Positions 53,264 through 64,000 of a DNA stretch of 64,000 nucleotides are shown piece by piece (the stretch's first letter is position 1; each line of letters starts with the position of its first letter). Source of the DNA: Eledone cirrhosa. Lineage: Eukaryota. The position numbers and the translations under genes are program-made. The DNA is taken from assembly GCA_964016885.1 (NCBI GenBank), contig OZ024747.1, positions 56,234,001 through 56,298,000 of the forward strand. Reading direction: 5' to 3'. The notes under the pieces are model-generated. The model saw only the letters and a program-made list of their open reading frames with translations, had not been told where the DNA came from and made no database searches.

Positions 53264-54307
53264 TGGAGGCACATGGCTTAGTGGTTAGAACATTGGCCTT
53301 GCAATCAAAAGTTTGTGAGTTCAATTCTCAGACCGGGTGATGTGTTGTTTCCTTGAGCAAGACACTTTATTTCACATTGCTCCAGTTTACTCAGCTGTAG
53401 AAATGAAATGATAGGGACTGGGGTCCATATCATTTCACTGCAAAGTGGACGTGGAGGTGCCACAGCAAAAAAGCAGCCAGCACTCACTGTAAATGAGGTT
53501 GGTGTTAGGAAGGGCATCCAGCTGTAGAAATCAAGCCAGAATCAGTTCCCGTCCCACCCTTGAAAGCAGGGAAAAAGCTGACGTAAAATGATGATGATGA
53601 TGATGATATATATATATATATGTATATATTCATGTGTATGTATATGTATATATATATGTATATATATATATATATATATGTATGTACGTATGTATAGAAT
53701 AAGGAAATACAAAGTTTAGATGATAAGTCCATGATACATATTTTGATGATGACAGTGACTACATGGTTCGACATAGTAACCAGTGCCATGGTCTCATTTG
53801 ACAGTATCTTACATAATAAGGTTACAATCAAGGAGGTAATCCAGAATTGAAGTGACAAGGGAACAGACAAACAGTGATGTTCATGAATAAAATGCCTGTT
53901 CCCTTGTATATATATATATATATATATACAGAGCATTGGCCTTGCAATCGAAAGGTTGTGAGTTCAATTCTCAGACCGGGTGATGTGTTGTTTCCTTGAG
54001 CAAGACACTTTATTTCACATTGCTCCAGTTTACTCAGCTGTAGAAATGAGATGATAGGGACTGGGGTCCCTATCATTCCACTGCAAAGTGGTTGTGGAGG
54101 CGACACAGCAAAAAAGCACCCAGTACTCACTGTAAAGTGGACGTGTAGGCACCACGGATAAAAAGCACCCAGCACTCACTGTAAATGAGGTTGGTGTTAG
54201 GAAGGGCATCCAGCTGTAGAAATCAAGCCAGAATCAGTTCCCGTCCCACCCTTGCAAGCAGGGAAAAGCAGACGTAAAATGATGATGATGATGATGATGA
54301 TGATGAT
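53264..54307 (+). mobile_element. Two SINE family 2 copies (53264-53605 and 53930-54307)
   Basis: Both match 12080-12425. Confidence 0.85.
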
Positions 54308-54390
54308 ATATATATATATATACTAAATAGTGAATCTTGTTACTCTGGAGTTTTGTTCGTTTATCACAGGTTCCTCAGACAAGAACTATT

Positions 54391-54439
54391 TCCTGTCTGA
54401 TGAACTCTGATAAACAGGTGAAATTCCAGAGTAACAAGA
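54391..54439 (+). ncRNA. Type I hammerhead motif, family L, within hairpin 54323-54451
   Basis: TGT-CTGATGA-ACTCTGATAAACAGGT-GAAA-TTCCAGAG-TA-ACA. Diverged mirror at 54335-54384; AATAAA and ATTGAGTAC downstream. Confidence 0.7.
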
Positions 54440-54733
54440 CTCAATATTTAGCCATTATAAAATAAATATTAAGACGCTATTTCAGTATTGAGTACATCTT
54501 TCTCTCAGCCGAGATTGAAACCTTGTCCTGACTCTTGTTCTATACCTACTCATGACTAATACCATATATAATAATTGATTACATAGCACCATATATGGAA
54601 GTAAATGACTTTCCCTTTATCTTTGTCTCTCTGGTTCTCTTTCTCTCTTATGCCTGCACAATCACACGCACATACATACATACAAACACAAATATATATA
54701 TACATAGATGCATACATACATATATATATGATA

Positions 54734-54809
<76 letters not shown>

Positions 54810-55129
54810 GTGTGTGTGTGCGTATGATCAACTTACTTGAACGCAGAGACAAAAATTCCCACACATACAGGCATGCTTACATACATTCACAAGTAAAATA
54901 AATATACATACACATGCATACATATTGATATATATATACATATATATATATATGAAACAGATACACAGATATATACACACAACATACAGACACATACACA
55001 TATGTACTCACATACACACACAATAAAAGAAAAAAAATGAAAACATTTTGGTAAGAGAATTTCTTGGTATAATCTAAAGATTTATTTCTAAAATACTTTG
55101 TGCCAAATTCAGGTGGAGGATGGAAGGAG

Positions 55130-55830
55130 TTGTAATGGTGGTGGCAGTGGTGGTTGTAGTGGTGGTTGAGGTGGTGGTTGTGGTGGTTGTGGTGGTGGTT
55201 GTGGTGGTGGCAGTGGTAGTTGTAGTGGTGGTAGTGGTGGTGGCAGTGGTGGTTGTGGTGGTGGTTGTGGTGGCAGTGGTGGTGGCAGTGGTAGTTGTAG
55301 TGGTGGTAGTGGTGGTGGCAGTGGTGGTTGTGGTGGTGGCAGTAGTAGTTGTAGTGGTGGTTGAGGTGGTGGTTGTGGTGGTTGTGGTGGTGGTTGTGGT
55401 GGTGGCAGTGGTAGTTGTAGTGGTGGTAGTGGTGGTGGCAGTGGTGGTTGTGGTGGTGGTTGTGGTGGCAGTGGTGGTGGCAGTGGTAGTTGTAGTGGTG
55501 GTAGTGGTGGTGGCAGTGGTGGTTGTGGTGGTGGCAGTAGTAGTTGTAGTGGTGGTTGAGGTGGTGGTTGTGGTGGTTGTGGTGGTGGTTGTGGTGGTGG
55601 CAGTGGTAGTTGTAGTGGTGGTAGTGGTGGTGGCAGTGGTGGTTGTGGTGGTGGCAGTGGTAGTTGTAGTGGTGGTTGTGGTGGTGGTTGTGGTGGTGGC
55701 AGTGGTGGTGGCAGTGGTGGTGGCAGTGGTGGTGGCAGTGGTGGTTGGAGTGGTGGTTGTGGTGGTGGTTGTGGTGGTGGCAGTGGTGGCAGTGGTGGTG
55801 GCAGTGGTGGTTGTAGTGTTAGTGGTAGTG
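55130..55830. repeat. (GTG/GTT/GTA/GCA) triplet array with 195-nt higher-order period
   Basis: Marker GAG triplets at 55168, 55363 and 55558. Confidence 0.85.
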
Positions 55831-56252
55831 ATGGTGGTTACAGTAGATATTGCAGTGGTTGTGGTGGATAATGATGATGATGATGATCGTGATCATGATA
55901 ACAATAGTAGTGGTGGTGGAGATGGAGATGTTGATGTTGATGAACATCATCATGAACATCATCATCATCTTCGCCATCATCATCATCATCTTAAGAAAGA
56001 AATGAAATGAATGAGGAAGTGTGGTGGGGGATGGAAAATGACATCAAGAAATGAAAACCAAGAAACGAAAAGCCTATGATAAACAGAAAGAGGTGAGGAG
56101 AAGGGGGAGAGAGGGATGGAGGAGAGGGGGGGAGGGAGAGGAGGCAGAGGGTGAAAAATAAAAGAAGATGGAAACAGGGAGGAAAGTGTTTAAAACAAAA
56201 CAAAAAGTGAAAGAAAAGAAAACAACATAAAATTGATAAAATTATCTAAAAA

Positions 56253-56320
<68 letters not shown>

Positions 56321-56332
56321 TTACTACTACTA

Positions 56333-56368
<36 letters not shown>

Positions 56369-56826
56369 ACAACAACAACAACAGTAATAATGATAATAAT
56401 AATAATAATTTCAACGATGGTGTTAAAAACAACAACAATAAAAAGAACAACAATAATGATGATAATGATGATGATGATGATAATGATGATGATGATGATG
56501 ATGAATGATGTGGATGCAAAACTAGAGAATAATAAAAAATGAAATAAACCCTATAGAAAAGTAAATAATAATAATAATAATGATAATAATAATAGGTTTA
56601 ATTGATAGACAAAACAAAACGAAGCACCCACACCTCCTTTTATCTATCACCCACTCTCTCATATACATATATATATACATATATATACATATATATATAT
56701 ACATATATATACATATATATATGTATACATACACACATATATATATACATATATAGAAAGACTTTCAGTTAGTCAAATTATACACAAACATATACACACA
56801 TATACATATACATATATATATATATT

Positions 56827-56884
<58 letters not shown>

Positions 56885-57037
56885 TATATAGATATACATA
56901 TATATATATATGTGGGTGTGTATGTGTGTGTTTGTATAAGTATGTGTGTGTCTAGATAAGACTTTGATTCCCGTTAGTCAATTGCGGATACAAAATACAT
57001 AGATGTGTACACACAAATATCTACATATGTATGGGAC

Positions 57038-57090
<53 letters not shown>

Positions 57091-57159
57091 ATACATAAAA
57101 TATTATGTATATAAATATGTTATGTATGTGTTATGTTCATATGTTTTAGTATCTCTCTG

Positions 57160-57212
<53 letters not shown>

Positions 57213-57759
57213 ATTTACTGAGATCAAAAAAATGAAAAATAATCAAAAAGGATACATGTGAAATCATAAATATAATAAATCTGCATCTATTATTATCTTG
57301 GATTGACAAGCACCGGATATTTTGGAGGATTTTGTTCTGGAGGAAGATTTTTGTCATTTATCAAATCATATTTCATTTATGTGTTTAGAGAAGCATTTTC
57401 AAAGAACAACCATTTCTTCTTCTTCTTCTTCTTCTTCTTCTTCTTCTTCTTCTTCTTCTTCTGTTGGTAGTGTAGTGTGGTGGGTTGTGCTGGAATGATC
57501 ATGGGTGTGTGAGAGGGGGTTTGGTGTGTGCTTCGGTGGAAAAATAATGATGAAGAAATATAGAAATATATACATACACACATTTATATATATGAAAACA
57601 AATATGGAAAAATTACAACTAACATTTTAAATATGTAACATTTGGATTCTTATAAAAGATGAGCAAGTGGAAAATAGAATGCAAAAAACACATGAAAATA
57701 TTTAGTCTAAAAGACAAAGTAAACAACACATGAGGGAATAAAACTTCAAACCATAGCAG

Positions 57760-58050
57760 TTATATTGTAATATATTATATTTATATTGTTATATATGATA
57801 TTTATATTGTTATATATTGTTATATTGTTACATATTATATTTATATTGTTATATATTATATTTATATTGTTATATATTATGTTATATTGTTATATATTAT
57901 ATTTATATTGTTATATATTATAGTTATATTCTTATATATTATTGTTATATATTATATTTATATTGTAATATATTATATGTATATTGTTATATATTATATT
58001 TATATTGTTATATATTATGTTATATTGTCTTTATACTATGTTATTATTTT
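57760..58050. repeat. AT-rich minisatellite (TATATTGTTATATATTATATT-like unit)
   Basis: Direct reading. Confidence 0.85.
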
Positions 58051-58159
58051 TATATTTTTCTCCACTAAAATACATTGCAGTATTGTTTTTTTGTTTTCAC
58101 TCTTCAATTTGATTGTCAGTGTATGTAACATGCCTTTTGTATGTATGTATGTATGTATG

Positions 58160-58190
<31 letters not shown>

Positions 58191-58279
58191 GTTTGTCCTC
58201 TTCCTTTCAAATTTGTGGAGAAGGATGTTATAGACATTTAGGTAGAGTTAATTTGTGCTTTCTTGACTTTCTCTTCACC

Positions 58280-60102
58280 ATATTTTAAAAAAAGCACATG
58301 AATTACATCCTTGTCAGAGTGCATGACAGATGGGATGTACAGTATGTTCGTTTTCTTTGTGGGGCTGAGTGTTGGATGGATCACTGTCTGGTGCGTGCAA
58401 AAGTGAAATTAATTACAAAACGTAAAATCTGGACTGCAAGTGTTACCCTGCCTAAAAGACTAAATGCTGCTCGTCTTAGGGATAATAGTGTGAAGAGGAC
58501 ATTGCAAAAAGAATTGAATGTTGCAGATATTGGTAAGGAATGGCTGACCCTTAAAAGGTCGTTTTATGATATAGGAAGCGTGTTCTGGGATTGGTGCAGA
58601 GAAAGCATCAAGACTGGTTTAAAGAAAATGATGAACATATAAATAAATTGTTGGCTGATAAGAGGCGTGCTCTGTCATGCTACTTGGCAGCAAAGCCACA
58701 GGAGAAGAATATGTTGCATAAGGAACTCGAGGATGCGAAATCACGTATGAAGGATAAGTGGTGGAGTGAGAAGGCTGATGAGATACAAGCTGCATCAGAT
58801 TCCAATAAAACAAAGCTGTTGTACAATCTCTTGCATGAAGTTTATGGACCATCTTGTTCTCTGGTGACACCGCTTCACAGCAGGGATGGCAAGGAACTTT
58901 TTTGTGATTCACAGGGAACTCTGCAAAGGTGGCGAGAGCACTTTAATGAACTTTTGAATCAGCTGTCTGTCGTCAATGAAGATTTCCTCAATCTAATCCC
59001 TGAGAAACCTATGAAAGTAGCTCTCGCAGAACCACCAACATTAGAGGAAGTTGCAGTAGCTGTCTTGAAGCTGAACAGTGGAGGTCTTGCAGGCATAAAG
59101 AAGAGAAGAGAGCACACATGCCTTATATGCCTCTACCTTTGTCTTCTTCTATATGTCTTGCCAACCCCTGAGGCGCCTTTCTAGCTTTCCGAAAGCATCA
59201 CTTACATTCCTAATCCTGTGTGGAATTTTATAATCAAGATTGCTGTATTGGTTGACAGTGCTTCCCAGGTAGACAAACTGATCAACCACTCCAAGTCGTT
59301 TACCATACACATAGATATTTGGTTTATTGTACTGCTTACAAGGGGCAGGATGGTACATGACAATGGTTTTCTTGAGTCTGACAGTCAATCCTAAGGCAGT
59401 GCAAGTATCAGAAAATGCATTCAAAATGTGTTGCATATCAATCTCTGAGTTTGCTACAAGATCACAATCATCCGCATACAAAAGGTCTCTTATGATAGTG
59501 GTAAGCAGTACACTGAACCAAATATCTATGTGTATGGTAAACGACTTGGAGTGGTTGATCAGTTTGTCTACCTGGGAAGAACTGCCAATCAATACAGCAA
59601 TCTTGATTATAAAATTCCACACAGGATTAGGAAAGTAAGTGATGCTTTCGGAAAGCTAGAAAGGCGCCTCAGGGGTTGGCAAGACATATAGAAGAAGACA
59701 AAGGTAGAGGCATACAAGGCATGTGTGCTCTCTTCTCTTCTTTATGCCTGCAAGACCTCGGTCACATATCGACACCACCTTAAACAGTTGGAATGTTTCC
59801 ACCAGATGTGTCTCAGATGAATCCATGGCGTTCACTGGAGGGACCACATCAGTGATGTTGAGATTTTGGAAGGCTCTCTGTGTGAAAGCATAGAAGCTCT
59901 TGTGCTTAATCAAAGACTCCAAAGGAGTGGTCAACTTGCCAGGATGAAGGATTCTAGGATACCAATACAACTCTTTTATGGAGAGTTAGTTAAAGGAAAA
60001 CAACCTCCACATAAACTGAAAAAGAGGTGTAAGGATTCATTTAAAGCCTCCTTGAAAGACGTTAACATCTCTACTGATACATGGGAAAGCATAGCTGCTG
60101 AT
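58280..60102 (+). mobile_element. Second RTE-clade LINE, rearranged with internal inversion
   Basis: Endonuclease end (NYILVR..GAECWMDHCLVR), linker (RKHQDWF, RWREHFNELLN), inverted RT segment with YADD at 59467-59478 (-), and C-terminus RMKDSRIPIQLFYGEL. Confidence 0.88.
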
Positions 60103-60134
60103 CATATATATATATATATGTATATATAGATATA

Positions 60135-60640
60135 TAATATCTGACCTTGCTCACTTACACCTCTCTAAGACAATGTCACTTGGATCGAGATCTTTGGCGC
60201 CACGCAATAATACAGAAGACCCGCTTTCCCTACATGCAATATTAACCTACAGTCAGTAGGCCCTTCCTAACCAAATATACACCCCATCCTACTTCCCTTA
60301 CTCCCACTCCCCACAACACCACCCTTTCTCTATAAAGTTATGTTGGTACCACAACATCCAGTCCAAACTAAATAGGTTGTGTAGGCGTCACGACAAAAAA
60401 ACACAGTCTACGCTGTAATGTGGTCATGTAGGTAACACGGTAAAAAGCCCCCAGTTCACACTGTAAATGTGGTTGGTTTTAGGAAGGGTATCCAGCCATA
60501 AAAAACCTGCCAGATAGTCCTATACGGGTCAGACACGGTCACCCAATCAATCTTGCCTCAAATAGGACAATTCCCGTCTAACCCATGCTAGCGTGGAAGA
60601 TAGATGTTAAACGATGACGATGATGAAGATGATGATGATA
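60135..60640 (+). mobile_element. RTE LINE 3' end (49.9 kb family)
   Basis: SDLAHLHLSKTMSLDRDLWRH plus UTR and (GAT)n tail. Confidence 0.85.
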
Positions 60641-61044
60641 TATTACATTGAAAATAAGACCAAATACTGTTAATTATAACATATTTTAATTAACACATGT
60701 TCCTTCATTCATTTGTCATATTAAATAGAAGCTAAATAAAAGTATTTTAACTTACCCGATGCTCCAATGTTTTTTTACAGATTTTATATTGAAATCTAGT
60801 ATTTAGCCTCTATTTAAGATGGTAACTGTCATCAGAGGTTGTTCAGTCCAATGGTAAGGAGCATTCTGCTGGAATTTCTGTTTATTGTCAGTCCGTAGAC
60901 TTATGTCTTAGATCCCAATATATCCTAATTTATATGAATATATTTTGAGCCCATTTTGATAAAAAATCCCTTGCTAAAACTATATGGTCTGTACCCTGTG
61001 GTGTACATAAATTTTGTGTTTCCAGCTATATATATATATATATA

Positions 61045-61228
61045 TATTGGTAAAAGGAAAAGAAAATGCTGACAAATTGTTCCCAGTGAAAAATAGTTTA
61101 ATTAGGAATAAGTAAAAATTAGTAATAAGTATTGGTTAGTATTCACTTTTGGTTTTAAGTTTTTACCGGTTGCACATTTCTAATGCTTTTCAAAAATAAT
61201 TTTGAGATAGAGTGCCCGTGATGTTTGC

Positions 61229-61234
<6 letters not shown>
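61045..61234 (-). mobile_element. HHR element family I, solo tail-less copy
   Basis: Equals the left arm of 30411-30600. Variant core at 61161-61196. Confidence 0.8.
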
Positions 61235-61313
<79 letters not shown>

Positions 61314-61354
61314 CGAAACACAAGTCAATTGCATGAACTCATAATCCTTTATTT

Positions 61355-61410
61355 ACTGCTATATATATTTCGATGATAGCCATTGAATGGCTATGACCTC
61401 ATCAGGCAGT
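61355..61410 (-). ncRNA. Type I hammerhead ribozyme motif, family G
   Basis: ACTGC-CTGATGA-GGTCATAGCCA-TTCAA-TGGCTATCATC-GAAA-TATATA-TA-GCAGT; lies in element 61310-61474. Confidence 0.8.
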
Positions 61411-61807
61411 TAGTCAGTTCTTAGATATGCCAGCTCTGTGTGTATAGTGTTGATGGTATCAGAACCTTGGGACATATATATATATTTCAAACTACAATAA
61501 GACCAAAGGGTTATTATGATTATTTATTTGTTCATACATCGCTATGGGCATATCAATATTGCTAGAGTATCCCATCCATTTGTGGAGAAAAAACTGTTTA
61601 TTATCAGTAAATTATTAACTGCATTATGGGTGCTCTACATAAACTGTTTCTCTTCAGGAAATATATATGATAAAAAATAACAATAAATTGATTAATATCA
61701 TAAAACAAATTATCAAGAATAATAAAGGATTGAAAGCAATGTGCATCAAATAAACATAGATTTATAAATTTTACAAGTGCAAAGCATATATATTCATTAT
61801 TATTAAG

Positions 61808-61952
61808 GCTAAAGAGTGAGTCTTGTTACTCTGGAGTTTCGTTTGTTATAAACAGGTGAAACTCCAGAGTAACATACATTTTAGCCTTAGTGATAGTGAA
61901 TATTACAACTCTACTACGGTGTTGAGTACTCCTTTCTCACAGCTGTCGACCA
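61808..61952 (+). mobile_element. HHR element family L, centre-deleted hairpin
   Basis: TGTTACTCTGGAGTTTC..GAAACTCCAGAGTAACA, then GTTGAGTAC; homolog of 54323-54563. Confidence 0.65.
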
Positions 61953-62222
61953 CATAGATACATAGATACATATATATATATATATGACAAGTAAGTATGT
62001 TTTGAAACAGCGAGCGTGTTTGAAGATAGAAATAGAATCTTTTGCTGTATTTTTGACTAAGAAGTTTTAGCCTGATAGTGGGGTTTAAAACCCTCAAAGA
62101 AATGGAAAGAGATGAATATTGACGTACATGTACATCAATACTTATTTTTTCTATTTCTTTGAGGGTTCTAAACCCCACTATCAGGCAGGCTAAAATTTCT
62201 TTAGTAAAAAATATGGCGAAAG

Positions 62223-62291
<69 letters not shown>

Positions 62292-62535
62292 ATGGATATT
62301 AATTTCCTTACCCTGAATGCAAACAAATCTGCATGAAAGAAGTGTAACCCATAAACGTTTACATAAAATCACTCACCAGACACAACCATACAAAATATAA
62401 AGAAAAATTCAATCATAGCCTTCAAACCGATACCCCAATCCTTCCAACATAACAACAACCAACTTGCATCAATTACTGTTATGGAAGGGGTGACAGGCTT
62501 CAACAGGCTGCAGCCACCATATTAAACACTTTTTG

Positions 62536-62577
<42 letters not shown>

Positions 62578-63552
62578 AGAGAGTGTGTGAGATGGTTACA
62601 TGAATATTTACATAACAATGTGGCTAACTAGATAGATAAATAGATTGATAGATAGAGATGGAGGCGGAGAGCTTGCAGGTTATCTAACAAGATAGAGAGA
62701 TATAGAGACAACCTTGAGAGTTAGATGGATAGCTTTCTTAGATTGCTTAATTAGATATATAGATAGGTAAATGGATATAGATAGATTGCTTGATATAGCA
62801 ACATATAGCTAGGTAGATAGATATATGAATTAAATCATATATATACCTAGATTGTTAAAGAGATTGCGAGATCATCTGACAAATATACCGATTTAAGAAA
62901 TCATTTTCTGAACACACACATGTAGTTACTGTATATTATTCATTTATCCTTGTCACATGTTCTGGATACATCCAATCACTTTAAGCTATCACAAATAGAT
63001 CTAATTCTACTGATGGTGATGATGATACTGCTATTGGCCACAAACCCACAAAGTATCTTAATATTCTTTCAATATAAATATTCTATTATCCCCTTTCACT
63101 CACGTTTCACTTTGTATTCCTTTTTAACATTGAAAAGAAAAATGACGTGTCTATATGTATATATATGTATGTATGTATGTAAGTATGTAAGTACGTCTAT
63201 ATGTATGTATATGTATGTAGGTATGTATGTGTATATGTATGTATGTAAGTACGTCTATATGTATGTATATGTATGTAGGTATGTATGTGTATATGTATGT
63301 ATGTAAGTAAGTACGTCTATATGTATGTATATGTATGTATGTATGTATGTGTATATGTATGTAAGTATGTATATGTATGTATATATATATATATATATAT
63401 TTATGTAAGTATATATATATATATGTATGTAAGCATGTATATGTAAGTATGTATGTGTGTATGCATATATATGTATGTATACATATATATATATATATAC
63501 ATATCTTTCTCACTCTCTATCTCTCTATATATATATATGTGTGTGTGTGTAC

Positions 63553-63585
<33 letters not shown>

Positions 63586-64000
63586 AGCATGTATATGTAA
63601 GTAAGTATGTATGTATATATGTATATATATATGTATGTATACATATATATACATATCTCTTTCTCTCTCTCTATATATATATATATGTGTGTGTGTATAT
63701 ATATATATATATTGTACATACACAAATTTTTCTTTAGTTTGGTTTATATTCTTTCAAAGAATCCATTCCTTCTCCTCCACTCTTCATTTATCTTTTGTTT
63801 GCTACTTTTTAATATTATATAAATATAAATATGCATGCATACATACATACATACATACATATATACATATATATGTATATATGTGTGTGTGTGTATGTAT
63901 ATATATATATATATATATTCATACACATACACACACACACATATATATATATATATAAATGTAGAAGTACATAAATTTTATTTTACTTTCAACATATATT

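Noticed and set aside
55120-56010. 296-aa poly-Val ORF
   Set aside because: Triplet-repeat artefact with no domain content.
57210-57357. ATG-initiated hydrophobic ORF with possible GTAAAT donor (minus)
   Set aside because: No homology recognised; weak splice site; AT-rich chance ORF likely.
60752-61027. Possible minus-strand exon ending at GTAAGT
   Set aside because: Stops in all frames across the interval.
62295-62420. PECKQICMKE resembling a GIY-YIG CxxC..YIGE motif
   Set aside because: Too degenerate to call by eye.

Overview
AT-rich eukaryotic repeat-dominated DNA with no recognisable intact protein-coding gene. The SINE/RTE repertoire and dense (TA)n/(CA)n/(CAT)n microsatellites suggest a cephalopod such as Octopus (inference). 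Nearly all ORFs in the track are microsatellite artefacts. Real components are two tRNA-derived SINE families, RTE-type LINE fragments (two with RT motifs), an R4/Dong-like fragment, TTAA-flanked piggyBac-like MITEs and a decayed Penelope-type GIY-YIG tail. The main signal is about 10 unrelated families of short (0.1-0.5 kb) non-coding elements sitting in (TA)n tracts. Most carry a minimal type I hammerhead ribozyme (HHR) motif read by eye, often followed by AATAAA/ATTAAA and a shared GAGTAC-like motif. Many copies are head-to-head fold-back palindromes with one tail-bearing arm and one arm ending at a reproducible internal TA-like site. Two families carry a covariant U3-A8 core, one of them also A13C. 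The best interpretation is non-autonomous Penelope-like (pLTR-derived) ribozyme retroelements. No cleavage activity has been shown here.
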